A stretch of DNA of 64,000 nt from an uncultured Candidatus Competibacteraceae bacterium (GCA_964599915.1 CAZRHR010000003.1:1478-65477), one strand, 5' to 3'; positions 48,901-60,536 are shown, numbered from the stretch's first letter. A program made the numbers and translations. The notes: generated by a model from the sequence alone, not told the origin.

Positions 48901-51477
48901 ATGGCAGACGAGGAAATTACAGGCCAAGGCCTTCCCACCGAAAGAATTATTCCTATAAACATTGAAGAGGAAATGAAATCCGCCTACATCGATTATTCGA
49001 TGTCGGTGATTGTTTCCCGTGCATTACCTGATGTGCGTGATGGTTTAAAGCCTGTACACCGAAGGGTGCTCTACGGCATGATGGACCTGGGCGTATATTC
49101 CAACAGACCCTACAAAAAATCCGCAAGGATTGTCGGGGAAGTATTGGGTAAGTATCACCCTCATGGCGATAGCTCTGTTTACGACGCCATGGTACGTATG
49201 GCCCAAAACTGGTCTTTACGGTATCCTTTGGTAGACGGTCAAGGTAACTACGGCTCTATCGAAGGTGATAGCCCGGCCGCCATGCGTTATACAGAAGCCA
49301 GGCTAAAGAAAATCGCTGAAGAATTACTGGAAGATATCGATAAAAATACCATCGATTTCAGATTGAACTTTGACGATTCATTGGAAGAACCTACCGTACT
49401 TCCGGCCAAAATCCCAAATCTTCTGGTCAATGGTGCTTCCGGTATCGCAGTAGGTATGGCCACCAACATGGCTCCGCACAACCTCACTGAAGTGATCGAC
49501 GGAATCGTTGCCTACATTGATAACCGTGACATCGATGTGGCCGGATTAATGCAATACATCAAAGCCCCGGATTTCCCCACAGGTGGAATCATTTACGGCT
49601 ATGATGGGGTTAAATCAGCGTTTGAAACCGGACGTGGACGCATCGTCCTCCGTGCAAAAACCAATGTGGAAATCCTTGATAATGGCCGCGAACAAATTGT
49701 AGTCACAGAGGTGCCCTACATGGTGAACCCAGCAGAAATTCAGGTCAAAGCAGCGGAACTGGTCAACGATAAAAAACTAGAAGGCATCTCCGATATCCGG
49801 ATTGAAAGTGACCGGGATGGCATGCGCTTGGTTTTTGAATTGAAAAGAGATGCGGTAACCAATGTGGTATTAAACCAATTATATAAGTACACTTCTCTAC
49901 AAACCAGTTTTTCAGTCAATAACATTGCACTTGTCAATGGCCGTCCAAGACTGTTGAACCTGAAAGATCTGGTATCTGAATACGTAAAACACCGCCACGA
50001 AGTGGTGGTTCGACGGACCCAATACGAGTTGGAACAGGCGGAGAAACGTGCACATATTCTTGAAGGCTTTATTATCGCCCTAGACCATCTGGATGCCGTT
50101 ATCGCACTTATCCGAAATTCAGCCAATGTAGATGTGGCTAAAGATGGTTTGATGTCCGAATTCAAGCTATCAGAAATTCAAGCTAAAGCCATTCTCGAAC
50201 TACGTTTACAGCGCCTTACCGGCATGGAACGTGATAAAATTCGAGAAGAGTACGACGAACTCATGAAACGAATTTCATGGTTGAAAGAAGTACTGGCTAA
50301 CGAATCCATGCGAATGGATATCATCAAGGGCGAATTGCAGGAGGTTAGACAAAAGTATGGGGATGAAAGACGCACAGAAATTGTCTACAGCGGTGCAGAT
50401 TTCAGAATTGAAGACATTATTGCAGACGATTCAGTGGTGGTTACCATTTCCCACATGGGCTACATCAAACGCACCCAACTCAACGAATACCGTGCGCAGA
50501 GCAGGGGAGGAGTAGGAGCAAGAGGTTCGGCCACCCGCGATGCAGATTTTCTAGAGCATTTGTTTATTGCCAACATGCATGCCTATATGCTGTTCTTTAC
50601 AGAAATGGGTAAATGTTACTGGCTCAGGGTGTTTGAAATTCCTGAAGGCCAGAAAAGCAGTAAAGGCCGCCCCATTCAGAATCTAGTACAAATTGAACCG
50701 GGGGATAAGGTAAAAGCCTATATCGCCATCAATGGATTAGACAATCCCGAGTACACCGCCAATAATTTTATTATCATGTGTACACGGCGCGGAACCATTA
50801 AAAAAACGACGCTACAAGCGTACTCAAGGGTTCGTGCCTCTGGTATCAATGCCATTAATGTAAGAGAGGGCGATGAGCTTATCGCTGCCAAATTGACCAA
50901 CGGAAGTCATGACATTATGTTGGCGCTCCACTCAGGCCGAGCCATTCGTTTCCCTGAAGCGACCGTTCGTCCAATGGGACGCACCGCTACAGGTGTTCGA
51001 GGCATCAAAGTGGCCAATGAACAAGATGAAGTAGTGGGTATGATTACCATGGACATGACCAATCCCATGGAAGTATTGGTAGTGAGTGAAAATGGGTATG
51101 GAAAACGCTCTTCGATTGATGATTATCGGATCACCAACCGTGGCGGTAAAGGCGTGAAAACCATTAATATTACCGAAAAAACAGGCAAGCTCATTGCCAT
51201 CCAAGCGGTAGAAGATGGGGATCATTTGATGATCATTACCCGAAAAGGAACCCTTATTCGTATGGCCGTTTCTGAAATGAGGGTCATGGGACGTGCGACC
51301 CAAGGAGTTCGATTGATTTCTACCCGTGGGGGAGATGAAATCGCAGCTGTCGCCAGGGTGTCTAAAGAAGCGGTGGAAACAGAGGAAATTGAACTCGAAA
51401 ACCCTGCTGAATTAGGTGAATTGGGCGACCAAACCGAAGGTACAGAAAACATGGAGGCGCCTACCACTGAGGAATAA
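48901..51477 (+). CDS. gyrA: DNA gyrase subunit A
   Basis: The N-terminus matches GyrA ([41 protein letters not shown]). 858 aa with an acidic C-terminal tail. Confidence 0.9.
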   Translation: MADEEITGQGLPTERIIPINIEEEMKSAYIDYSMSVIVSRALPDVRDGLKPVHRRVLYGMMDLGVYSNRPYKKSARIVGEVLGKYHPHGDSSVYDAMVRMAQNWSLRYPLVDGQGNYGSIEGDSPAAMRYTEARLKKIAEELLEDIDKNTIDFRLNFDDSLEEPTVLPAKIPNLLVNGASGIAVGMATNMAPHNLTEVIDGIVAYIDNRDIDVAGLMQYIKAPDFPTGGIIYGYDGVKSAFETGRGRIVLRAKTNVEILDNGREQIVVTEVPYMVNPAEIQVKAAELVNDKKLEGISDIRIESDRDGMRLVFELKRDAVTNVVLNQLYKYTSLQTSFSVNNIALVNGRPRLLNLKDLVSEYVKHRHEVVVRRTQYELEQAEKRAHILEGFIIALDHLDAVIALIRNSANVDVAKDGLMSEFKLSEIQAKAILELRLQRLTGMERDKIREEYDELMKRISWLKEVLANESMRMDIIKGELQEVRQKYGDERRTEIVYSGADFRIEDIIADDSVVVTISHMGYIKRTQLNEYRAQSRGGVGARGSATRDADFLEHLFIANMHAYMLFFTEMGKCYWLRVFEIPEGQKSSKGRPIQNLVQIEPGDKVKAYIAINGLDNPEYTANNFIIMCTRRGTIKKTTLQAYSRVRASGINAINVREGDELIAAKLTNGSHDIMLALHSGRAIRFPEATVRPMGRTATGVRGIKVANEQDEVVGMITMDMTNPMEVLVVSENGYGKRSSIDDYRITNRGGKGVKTINITEKTGKLIAIQAVEDGDHLMIITRKGTLIRMAVSEMRVMGRATQGVRLISTRGGDEIAAVARVSKEAVETEEIELENPAELGELGDQTEGTENMEAPTTEE

Positions 51478-51520
51478 ATAACATTTTCCAATTGATTAAC
51501 GTATAGCAGAAAAAAAACGC

Positions 51521-52921
51521 ATGATGAAACATTCGATAACAACCGGCTTATGCAGCCTCGTTTTGTTAGGAAATACCATTCAGGCACAAACCTCTAACCA
51601 CTTGAATACCTTTGACATGGTGGAGCAATACCGCCGTGAAATACGCATGGGCAATGAGGAAGTCGCCATCAATGCTTTATTAAAAGCCCGCGGCTTTGCA
51701 GATGAAGCGGCCGTTCACCCAAGCACAAGTGGCATGTCTAAATCATGGAAATACCGTGGTGATGTGTACTTTCTCATTCATAAGGAAAAAAGCCCAAGGT
51801 TAGTTCTCGACCGCAAAGGTGCAGATGATTCAGCCGCTGCGAGTTTCGTCCGTGCCCTCACCGTAGAAAAGAAAAGCAATGGTAAAGCCAAAGTTGAAAG
51901 TCCGGAAGAAATAGCCAGCAAACTTCAAGAACTCATTAACGCGAGAGGGAATGCCTCTAATGAAGCGTATGAGCATAAAAAGTTTGGCGTGGCTTACCAA
52001 GGATTCAATGCATGCAGACAATGGATGAGGGCCTTAGCTTCTCCAGATTTATTTGACCAAAAAACCGTAGACCAACTGAACAAAGCCGTAGGAAGCTACA
52101 CCTATATGATGGGATTGGCAGCGTTGCAAGATAAAGCGCGCCCGGATCGCATCACGGTGGCCATGACACATTTGGAAGAAGCCGAAAAAATGGGATTCGA
52201 CGGCGTCGATGTATATGGACTCATGATTCAAACCCAACTGGAGGAGAAGAACTACGAAGCCGCTAAAACCACTTTGGCACGTGCCCAAAAGAAGTATGCA
52301 GATAGCCTCAGCGTGTTTTTCTTCGATGTACGTATCGCCCTTGAAACCAACGATATTCCACGTGCGGAAGGCCTGTTAAAAGAAGGTAAAGTGAAATTTC
52401 CTTCTGCCAAATTGGATTTCATGATTCAGGAGGTGAACATTTACATCGAACGGAATGATTTCCCGAAAGCCCTTCAAGTAATGAATGAAGCCATTGCCGA
52501 AGCTAACGAAACAGGCCTTAAGGTTCAGTTGCACGTAACCTCTGGCCAGATTTGCGAACAATTGATGGAGAAGAGTAGTGGAGAGCAGGCTGCAGATTAC
52601 GAAAGACAGGCCATGGACCATTATAGAAAGGCCCTTGAATTGGAGCCCAATACGTCCACAGCCATTGCAGGACTTGGAAATGCACATATTCGTAAGGCCA
52701 ATAAGTTGGTAGAACAAGCCAATCAATTGCCTTTGAGCAAAGCCAAGGAATATGATGCATTGAAAAAGCAATATATGGAAGAATTTAAGCTTGCGGCTGA
52801 GTTGCTTGAAAAATCCTACGCGATTAAAAAGACAAAGGCTGTGCAAAGCAATTTGATTTCCATCTACGAGCGGTTAGAAAATTTTGACCGTGTGGAGGAA
52901 TTGAAAAAGGATAAAATCTAA
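51521..52921 (+). CDS. Secreted TPR repeat protein
   Basis: Signal peptide. Helical repeats throughout. Confidence 0.55.
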   Translation: MMKHSITTGLCSLVLLGNTIQAQTSNHLNTFDMVEQYRREIRMGNEEVAINALLKARGFADEAAVHPSTSGMSKSWKYRGDVYFLIHKEKSPRLVLDRKGADDSAAASFVRALTVEKKSNGKAKVESPEEIASKLQELINARGNASNEAYEHKKFGVAYQGFNACRQWMRALASPDLFDQKTVDQLNKAVGSYTYMMGLAALQDKARPDRITVAMTHLEEAEKMGFDGVDVYGLMIQTQLEEKNYEAAKTTLARAQKKYADSLSVFFFDVRIALETNDIPRAEGLLKEGKVKFPSAKLDFMIQEVNIYIERNDFPKALQVMNEAIAEANETGLKVQLHVTSGQICEQLMEKSSGEQAADYERQAMDHYRKALELEPNTSTAIAGLGNAHIRKANKLVEQANQLPLSKAKEYDALKKQYMEEFKLAAELLEKSYAIKKTKAVQSNLISIYERLENFDRVEELKKDKI

Positions 52922-52937
52922 TATTGGTAAAGAAGAG

Positions 52938-52968
52938 AAAGGGAGGCTTTGGTCTCCCTTTTTTTTTT
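52938..52968 (+). terminator. Rho-independent terminator
   Basis: AGGGAG-GCTTTGGT-CTCCCT hairpin followed by T10. Confidence 0.65.
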
Positions 52969-53115
52969 GCCTTCAATTTGAAAGTGCGTGTGGGAATTCT
53001 TTAAAGTATTCTATTTAACATAATATAAATTATTGGTTAAAGGTGATTAATTCGCACTCAAAGATTCTTTTACCGGCTTACGTAGTTAAAAAATGAATTC
53101 ATTGGCAAACAAAAA

Positions 53116-53135
53116 AGCCCAGATTTCTCCGGGCT
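53116..53135 (-). terminator. Putative terminator for the 53157-53717 gene
   Basis: GCCC-AGATTTCTCC-GGGC hairpin followed on the minus strand by T6. Confidence 0.4.
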
Positions 53136-53156
53136 TTATCAAAATTGAAAATTCCA

Positions 53157-53717
53157 TTATTGTGTCTTACGCACCATGGAAGTATTTTTTCTAGTTGGCG
53201 CTTTGGTTACGGCTTTGGCAGGTTTACTATCGGCGGTTGCCTTTGGTGCTTTGGCCTTGGTAACTTCTGGTACAGCCACGCCATCTTTATCTACATCACC
53301 AGATTTGGCTACTTCCAATTGTGACGCATCAGTTAATCCATTTTTCACCAATTGATTGAACCATTTGAGAAGTTTACGGATATCTGCATCATGCACACGG
53401 TCTTCGTCATGTTCTGGTAAGACTTGTTTGAAAAAAGCACGTACATCGGCTGAACTGGCGTCTTTGGCACTGGGCAGGCTATTATCCTTAGAAAACGCCA
53501 ATAATTTAATTAACACTTCCCTCAATGGCACATCGCCCTCTTGGGTAAACATACTGATATCTTGTAGTGTGCTAACCTGGTGGGATTGATACACGGGCAT
53601 TTTCTTTCCGGTCTCAAGATTTTCGGCGACCAAACCAAATTTGGCACGTCCTACAATTTTAAACAGGGAACCCTGACCGGAAATAGCGATAAGTTTTTCA
53701 AACTCCATATGATTCAT
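53157..53717 (-). CDS. Hypothetical protein with a Lys/Ala/Pro-rich histone H1-like C-terminal tail
   Basis: Globular N-terminal domain. Tail PEVTKAKAPKATADSKPAKAVTKAPTRK. Confidence 0.5.
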   Translation of the reverse strand: MNHMEFEKLIAISGQGSLFKIVGRAKFGLVAENLETGKKMPVYQSHQVSTLQDISMFTQEGDVPLREVLIKLLAFSKDNSLPSAKDASSADVRAFFKQVLPEHDEDRVHDADIRKLLKWFNQLVKNGLTDASQLEVAKSGDVDKDGVAVPEVTKAKAPKATADSKPAKAVTKAPTRKNTSMVRKTQ

Positions 53718-53757
53718 TTTCTTCTTAAACGGGGATAAAAATACACAAAAAACTAAG

Positions 53758-56583
53758 TCAAGGGCCCACCTGCAATTGTCGACCGTTGGAAATTCTCAAA
53801 TGTCCACCACAAAGGGTTTCCACATAAGCCGCTTGGCCATTGCTGTCGGAGATAACCGGATCTAAACTACCTGGGTGTGAAGATTTAATAATATACACCC
53901 TGTGACTGCTGGTGGGAACGACCCCTGCACTCCAGTTCCCGGCGTGATGCCAATTGGCTGTTCCAGCGCCTCCTGTCCAAACATTGAGGGTGCTTTGGTA
54001 ATGATTTAAAGCCAATTGTGCCGCATTTTGAATGGCTGAAAACTGGTCTCCCACTACAAAAGCCATGCTTACAATGGCGCATTGGCCGGGGGCTAAACTA
54101 TCCACCACGGTTCCCAAATATTGCGCGGGATCTCCTACGGTAGATAAAGCTCTGCCAATACCGCCTGTCATGGCCGTCCATTTTTCAGACTGCGAGAATC
54201 CATTGGTTACCGTAATACTTCCCCCTGTTCCGCCTACATCGAATGCATAATAATGGGGTGTGGTTCCATTTAAAAGAACCATACCACTACCCCGCCCTCC
54301 TAACTGGCTAATTTGCCAACCCAAACGGCGGGTGGCATCCCATCCTGCTTGGTTGGGTGTGGTAAAAAATAAGGTATCGGCTACATCTTGGTCGCAATAA
54401 TAACCGACAAAAACATTCTTCAGGCCAGTTACCGTTGTATTTCTTAAAATATGGTCCATGAAAATGATGCCCGCTTTGGGCCCGGACGAATCTCCATAGG
54501 CCATGCGGGTTACTTCTACCCCAATGGCATTGACACCCGCACCACTATCATTGAATCTGGAGGTAATTCTTAGGTCACCAAAATGCGTTCTTTGGTCTTT
54601 AACCATAGGCTGAACACTCACAAAATGGTTGTCCGTAACTAATGGGCAGCATCCGGCTAAAGGATCTGAAAGTGTCGCGTTAGACACCCTGTTGTTATGG
54701 CCAATCATTAGGCTGAAGGGCGCGTAAAACTGCTCCAACAAATAGTTGGGGCCATTCGACTTTCTCCAACCTATGCCTGTTTGGGTGGCCGCATCCGTAT
54801 AACCCAATCGACCGTTGTTCCCAAGGGTCAAATGGTTTTGGTTGCTGGTCCAATTATAATGATCTGGCTGCAAAAACAGGAAAAAATCTGTGTGGCCTGC
54901 CCGGCTGGTATCTTGATACGTCACCCTAAACCTTACCAAATGATTGGTAGGACAAGTATTTTTCACCACAAAGCGAAAGGGTTGGTTGGAATGGGAAAAC
55001 GATTGCATACTACCCACCACCCCAATTTGTAGGGTGCTGTCTAGCAGTTGCACATGTGCGGAGTTATGGGTAAGGGCGGCAGATAAAATGGAGGTAGAAG
55101 GGCGAAGAGCATTTAATGAAAAACCTCTAATTTCTACGGTATCACCAACTAGAAAAATGCCATCAGCATCTTGATCCAGGAAGGTTCTGTTTCTAAAATG
55201 CATCCAAGCGCCCGTGGAATCCATCACTGCATTTTTCAAATCTAGTCGGCCGTAACCCATCCGACCAGCAAAGGAGGTGTTTCCGGTTAAATTATCTATC
55301 TGAACGGAAGTGGCTTTGAGTCTTGCCCCCACTTGAAAAGGGGTCATCCAAGGGAACCGAGAAAGAACAATGCCGGCCGCTCCGGAGACCACAGAAGAGG
55401 CTTCGCTGGAACCACTACCGGTGCCATAACTTGTTCCAAACGTCCGATAGATCCCTTCGCCTGGCGCGGCAAGTTCAATTAATTCATAGAAAGAACTACC
55501 GCTCCATTTCAGGTCATTCACATTGGTGGCGGTAACGCCTAAAACTTCTTCAAAAGCTGCCGGATAAATAGGCACCGTGTTATTTGAATTTCCAGCCGCC
55601 GCAATCACTAATTTTCCCTGATCCATCACGGCCCAGCGCATCACGTCTCTGCCCAATTGTGTGGCATACGTGCCACCCCAAGAACAATTGATTACATCGG
55701 CTCCAGCCCTTACTGCATAGGCGACTGCTTGATACCCCCTCACCCATCCTTGGCCAGTACGCACCATTTTCACCGGTAAATATTTACAATTCCAACCAAT
55801 ACCAGCCACGCCCAAAGCATTGTTGGTAGTTGCGGCAGCTATGCCACACATGGCTGTTCCGTGCACGGAAGCCGTAGAACCATCACTTGGATTATACGAT
55901 GGATTATTGTCTCCATCACCCACGTCCCAACCTCTGAAATTATCGATATATCCATCGGCATCATTATCAATACCATCTATTGGGTCTGCATAATTGTATT
56001 TGATGTTTCCCAATAAATCAGGGTGGGAAAAATTGGTACCTCCATCTACAACAGCAATAACTACATTGGTATCACCTGTGGTCAGGTTGTACGCATCGTA
56101 AGCCCTGATTCGAGAAAAGTAATACTGGCTTCCATGATTGGCATCATTAGGCGTAAGCAAAGGTTGTACGATAGGAAGAGGTTCCGCCCATTCAAACTTT
56201 CCCGTTCCAAGTACCAAAGAAACAAGTCTGGGCATGGGAGTTTGAGATTGGACAGGAATCTCATAAATTAAACTAAGGTCTGTAGAAGGAAGCCCATAGA
56301 CATTGAATGGTTGAACCGGCGCGGATTCATTGGGGAAAGCTTTTTGTGGCATGCCTAAACCTAAAGCTTTGGCATGATTAACCCAATAATTATTTAAATC
56401 ACTAAATAAAAAACGATAATTCGGCTGTAGCTTCACAACTAAAATAGTTGGCTCGTAATCGACGCCTGCTTGTCCATAGGCCATTGGAAACCACCTTACA
56501 TCTGCGTTATCTGCGACTTGTCCAAAAACCAAACCCTTTAAAACAAGGGCCAAGGCAAGGCTACACCAGTTTTTTCTCATCAT
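53758..56583 (-). CDS. Secreted S8 family (subtilisin-like) serine peptidase, large multidomain
   Basis: Signal peptide. Catalytic triad regions VAVVDGGTNFSHPDL (Asp), HGTAMCGIAA (His), GTSYGTGSGSSEASSVVSG (Ser). Confidence 0.75.
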   Translation of the reverse strand: MMRKNWCSLALALVLKGLVFGQVADNADVRWFPMAYGQAGVDYEPTILVVKLQPNYRFLFSDLNNYWVNHAKALGLGMPQKAFPNESAPVQPFNVYGLPSTDLSLIYEIPVQSQTPMPRLVSLVLGTGKFEWAEPLPIVQPLLTPNDANHGSQYYFSRIRAYDAYNLTTGDTNVVIAVVDGGTNFSHPDLLGNIKYNYADPIDGIDNDADGYIDNFRGWDVGDGDNNPSYNPSDGSTASVHGTAMCGIAAATTNNALGVAGIGWNCKYLPVKMVRTGQGWVRGYQAVAYAVRAGADVINCSWGGTYATQLGRDVMRWAVMDQGKLVIAAAGNSNNTVPIYPAAFEEVLGVTATNVNDLKWSGSSFYELIELAAPGEGIYRTFGTSYGTGSGSSEASSVVSGAAGIVLSRFPWMTPFQVGARLKATSVQIDNLTGNTSFAGRMGYGRLDLKNAVMDSTGAWMHFRNRTFLDQDADGIFLVGDTVEIRGFSLNALRPSTSILSAALTHNSAHVQLLDSTLQIGVVGSMQSFSHSNQPFRFVVKNTCPTNHLVRFRVTYQDTSRAGHTDFFLFLQPDHYNWTSNQNHLTLGNNGRLGYTDAATQTGIGWRKSNGPNYLLEQFYAPFSLMIGHNNRVSNATLSDPLAGCCPLVTDNHFVSVQPMVKDQRTHFGDLRITSRFNDSGAGVNAIGVEVTRMAYGDSSGPKAGIIFMDHILRNTTVTGLKNVFVGYYCDQDVADTLFFTTPNQAGWDATRRLGWQISQLGGRGSGMVLLNGTTPHYYAFDVGGTGGSITVTNGFSQSEKWTAMTGGIGRALSTVGDPAQYLGTVVDSLAPGQCAIVSMAFVVGDQFSAIQNAAQLALNHYQSTLNVWTGGAGTANWHHAGNWSAGVVPTSSHRVYIIKSSHPGSLDPVISDSNGQAAYVETLCGGHLRISNGRQLQVGP

Positions 56584-56714
56584 TAAATTTCTTCACTAGG
56601 GTTCTAAACGGGTTAAAATTACAAAATTTAAATGAGGCAAGAAAAATGGTTTTTCATTGAATTGAACTCGCGTGAAAAAGGATTCCTATTAAGTTGCAGA
56701 CCTCATAAAAAAGT

Positions 56715-59000
56715 TTGAAATTTGTTTCAACCTTTATGAGACAACTTACCCCATTTTTGTTTTTTATTTCGGGTTTTCTTTTCACCCTAAATGCCCAACC
56801 TTGTATTCGTGTTGAATCCATGTTGGTCGATGCCTGTGGTAATCCGGAAGGAGAAAATGAAATGGTTCGATTCCGAACTGGAAATACACCATTAAACACT
56901 TCAGATTTAACAGTTACATGGCCTACCAATGGTTGGTTAGGTGTGTGTCAGAACGCCCAAACCGCAGCTTCTGTAGCGCAAATCAATGCCGGAATTACCC
57001 AATGTGGTTTTGTCTTGGAACCGCCCGGTGGAATCATTCCTCCACAAGCCCAAGTGGTTTTGGTCACTTCGACCAACTTTAATCCCACATTTAATCCATT
57101 TACGGCACTTTCTGACACCATTTACATGATTTTTCAATGTGCAGGTAACTTTCAAGGTCATCTAGCCAATGCTACTTCTTCGGGGGTTAGAACCGTTACT
57201 TTGTCTTTTTCTTCACCTGCAGGTTGCAGTCAATCGGTAACTTACGATTGTGGTTTGCTCACCGATATTTTCGGGAATACAGGAATTACAGGAAATACAC
57301 CTTCTGACCGGGATGGTGCAGCAGTGGTCTATGCACCCAATGGTGCGGTCTCCTACCCCAATCTGGGGTGTCAGGCGCCCATTGTTCCTGGATTTGTAGA
57401 TGCAGGAACAGCCCAAGCCGGATGTGCGGGAGATACCCTTTGGCTCACGGGAAATGCGTCTTCCGTTTTTCAAACTTTTCAATGGACAGGCGGCAATGGT
57501 ACCTTCACGCAGCCGACCCAATTGACCACGGGTTACGTTATTAGTCCACTTGATTTTCCGCTGGTTTCTTTAACCCTAACAGGTACAAGATGTAATGGTA
57601 CATTAGCGGATGGTATCAGCTTGAATATTAATCCTACTCCATCTGTGCAAATTCAGCCAAGCGGGTTAATTGGCATTTGCAATGGAAGTCCCATTACCCT
57701 CAATGCAACCGCTACTGGCCCCGTTTCTTGGTCCAATGGAACCACCGGAAATTCAGCCACTTTCACCGCTGCCGGTTGGGTGTTGGCAAGCACCACCAAC
57801 AGCTGTGGAACGGATTTGGATTCGGTTCAATTGGTGGATGGGCTTCCTCCTAATGTTCAGATTAACAATACCACGCCGGCTCCCTATTGTCCGGGAGACC
57901 AAGTGGTGTTAACCGCCAGTTCTGCTTCTCAGGTGAGTTGGGGTTGGAGCACCGGTGCCAATGGCGCTTCTATTCAGGTTTCTGCTTCAGGAACCTACAC
58001 AGCCACTGCCACCAATGCATGTGGAAGCAGTTCGTCTTCTTTGACCCTCAACTTTACACCGGCACCTCAACTCAACATTTTAACCCCACCCAATCCTATT
58101 CTTTGCACCGGACAAACGCTTCTTTTAGAGGCCCAAGGAAATGGAACCATTCAGTGGAATGGCCAAACCCAAAATCCATTTCCCGTGAATGTAGGAGGCG
58201 TGTACACGGTTATGGTTACCAATCCCTGTGGCGTCGTGTCCCAACAATTGGTGGTGACTGAGAATCCCGTTCCTAGCATAAGCTATCCTGGCAATCTTCC
58301 TATTGGCATTTGCCAAGGCCAATCGCTCAATCTTACGGTGAACAGCAACGTTCCCGTCTCATGGAATACCGGCGCTAGCGGCTCCTCTATTTTGGTTCTC
58401 CAAGCCGGAACCTATCAGGCCATTGCGCAAAATACCTGCGGAGCAGATACGCTTGTATTGAATGTACAAAGTTCAAATCTTCAGGTAGGCTTATCTGCCA
58501 CGCCATTGATTGGTGTTTCGCCCGTAGAAGTCCAATTTACACCGACTTGGGCAGGGGCGGATACCGTGCGCTGGGATGTCCCTGCACTTTTACCCGCCAA
58601 TGGAGGCATTTCGACGGTGCTTTACGATACCATGGCCACCCTCATGTACACACTTACCGGAGTTGACACCTTTGGTTGTGCGGCGTACGCCAGTATTTCA
58701 ATTCAAATTGCTCCAGATAGAAACTACGGCTTTTTTGTCCCAAACACTTTTACGCCCAATGGAGATGGAATTAATGATGTGTTCAAAGCGCATGGATTTG
58801 GTATTACCACCCTCAAAGGCATCATTGTGAATCGTTGGGGACAAATTATTTATGAAATGGGCGACTTAGCCCACGCGTGGGACGGACGGGTATCACCGGA
58901 CGAATTTGCCCCACTTGGTGTGTACACCTACCGGTTTGAAATACAGAACAAAGCTTTTGAAACCTTCACTTTTACAGGAAAAGTGAACCTAGTGAGATAA
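56715..59000 (+). CDS. Cell-surface adhesin-like protein with Ig-like repeats and T9SS type B (gliding-motility-associated) C-terminal domain
   Basis: Signal peptide. Repeated Ig-like units. C-terminus YGFFVPNTFTPNGDGINDVF...GVYTYRFEI is the canonical type B CTD. Confidence 0.7.
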   Translation: MKFVSTFMRQLTPFLFFISGFLFTLNAQPCIRVESMLVDACGNPEGENEMVRFRTGNTPLNTSDLTVTWPTNGWLGVCQNAQTAASVAQINAGITQCGFVLEPPGGIIPPQAQVVLVTSTNFNPTFNPFTALSDTIYMIFQCAGNFQGHLANATSSGVRTVTLSFSSPAGCSQSVTYDCGLLTDIFGNTGITGNTPSDRDGAAVVYAPNGAVSYPNLGCQAPIVPGFVDAGTAQAGCAGDTLWLTGNASSVFQTFQWTGGNGTFTQPTQLTTGYVISPLDFPLVSLTLTGTRCNGTLADGISLNINPTPSVQIQPSGLIGICNGSPITLNATATGPVSWSNGTTGNSATFTAAGWVLASTTNSCGTDLDSVQLVDGLPPNVQINNTTPAPYCPGDQVVLTASSASQVSWGWSTGANGASIQVSASGTYTATATNACGSSSSSLTLNFTPAPQLNILTPPNPILCTGQTLLLEAQGNGTIQWNGQTQNPFPVNVGGVYTVMVTNPCGVVSQQLVVTENPVPSISYPGNLPIGICQGQSLNLTVNSNVPVSWNTGASGSSILVLQAGTYQAIAQNTCGADTLVLNVQSSNLQVGLSATPLIGVSPVEVQFTPTWAGADTVRWDVPALLPANGGISTVLYDTMATLMYTLTGVDTFGCAAYASISIQIAPDRNYGFFVPNTFTPNGDGINDVFKAHGFGITTLKGIIVNRWGQIIYEMGDLAHAWDGRVSPDEFAPLGVYTYRFEIQNKAFETFTFTGKVNLVR

Positions 59001-60536
59001 TTCGTCCCAATTCCATGCGCCATTAGGCCAAAGACCGGGTTTCACCCCATTTTTTCTGTAAAATATCACCTGTTGGTCATACCAAAGTGGAATGACTGGC
59101 ATGTCCATGTACAAGCTCTTTTCCATAGATGCCATGGTTTTTTCATCCGGATTTCGTGAAAACGCCTCAAAGGCTTTGTTGAAATTCGGCTGATTCCATT
59201 GGGTATAATTGGGTCCGTTGGGCGTTTCCAAAGGCCCATAAAATAATTGGTAATAGTTTCGCGGGTCGGGATAATCTGCAATCCAAGAAGCTCTGAAACA
59301 GGTGTATCGGCCATTGGCAATGCCAGATTTCAAGGTGGCCCGATCCACCACTTCGGTTTTACATGCGAGGCCAAAATTTCTCCATTGCCCCACAATGGCT
59401 GTGGCTATATCAGTATAAGCAGGGTCAGTGTAAAGGGTTAATAAAGGTACGTCTTCTGGCTTTGTAAAACCACAAGATTGAAGAAGTGGCAGCACGGAAT
59501 CCGGATAAAAATCATACGTAAATTCCGAAGAAAAAGGTCTTAAAACCTCAGGAATCATGCCATGCGTGGCTATTGTGCCCACATTGGCGCGTAATTCGCG
59601 AATTAGGGCTTGCCGGTCCAAGGCGAAGGCATAAGCCCGGCGTAAGGCTGGATATTTGGCGAGTGGATGATCCGTCGCTTTTACCCGAAACCCTAAGTAT
59701 TCCGTATTGTAAAATGGAAATTTTTGGAAAATGAAATCTTCAGCATATTCATGCCTAAGTTGGCCCGTGCCATCAAGAAGCCGATCTCTATAAGCGGGCT
59801 GAATACCTAATAAAACCTCAAGGCGCCCCGCAAGAAATTCCAAAAAAGCCGTTTGTGCATCTTTTAAAAAATAAACCGCCACTCGGTCACAAGCCACTTT
59901 ACCTTGCCAGTAAGAGGAAAAACCAGCTAAAATTAAACGCTGCTCAGGCACCCATTTCAGCAAAGAAAATGGGCCTGTACCCAATGGGTGGCTTACAATG
60001 GTGGCAGAATTTTCCAGGATTTGACGTTGGGATAAAATGCCCGTAAGGGGCGTAGCCAACCTCAGGTAAAACATGGCATCCGGTTCGTTCAATTCAAAAA
60101 TGAGGGTCGAATCTGTTTCCACCTTCATTTCCGACACAGGGTGTAAAATCCATGCTGCCCGTGGTTTGGTTTTCAGGCGTTGAAAACTAGCCAAAACATC
60201 TTTAGAAGACAGCGTATCTGAAAATCCTGAGGCGTTTGGGTGAAAAAGGACCCCTGAACGAAGGGTGAAATGCCAGCGCATTTTTCTTTCGTCAGAGGAC
60301 CAAGACAAAGCCAAACCAGGAGTGCCATCCGGCTTCACCAAGGTTTCCAAAAGCATAGATGTTGCCCGCAAATGCGCCAAATGGAGGGCATCTGTTGGGT
60401 CAAGCGATTGAATTCCTTGAGGCTCATTGTACCGGAAAATCTTTGTGGCATTAACCGTTGGACTAGGCGAAACATGGCAGCCGATGGCCACGCAGGTTAA
60501 ACCTAGAGTTAAACTTAGCCTTTGGAGGATTTTCAT
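58989..60536 (-). CDS. ABC transporter substrate-binding protein, family 5 (peptide/nickel)
   Basis: Lipoprotein signal (LTCVAIGC). Size and composition fit SBP_bac_5. Confidence 0.65.
   Translation of the reverse strand: MKILQRLSLTLGLTCVAIGCHVSPSPTVNATKIFRYNEPQGIQSLDPTDALHLAHLRATSMLLETLVKPDGTPGLALSWSSDERKMRWHFTLRSGVLFHPNASGFSDTLSSKDVLASFQRLKTKPRAAWILHPVSEMKVETDSTLIFELNEPDAMFYLRLATPLTGILSQRQILENSATIVSHPLGTGPFSLLKWVPEQRLILAGFSSYWQGKVACDRVAVYFLKDAQTAFLEFLAGRLEVLLGIQPAYRDRLLDGTGQLRHEYAEDFIFQKFPFYNTEYLGFRVKATDHPLAKYPALRRAYAFALDRQALIRELRANVGTIATHGMIPEVLRPFSSEFTYDFYPDSVLPLLQSCGFTKPEDVPLLTLYTDPAYTDIATAIVGQWRNFGLACKTEVVDRATLKSGIANGRYTCFRASWIADYPDPRNYYQLFYGPLETPNGPNYTQWNQPNFNKAFEAFSRNPDEKTMASMEKSLYMDMPVIPLWYDQQVIFYRKNGVKPGLWPNGAWNWDELSH

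Noticed and set aside
49287-51587. Minus-strand ORFs antisense to gyrA (for example 50932-51303 and 51222-51587)
   Set aside because: Embedded antisense in a conserved gene. No independent support.
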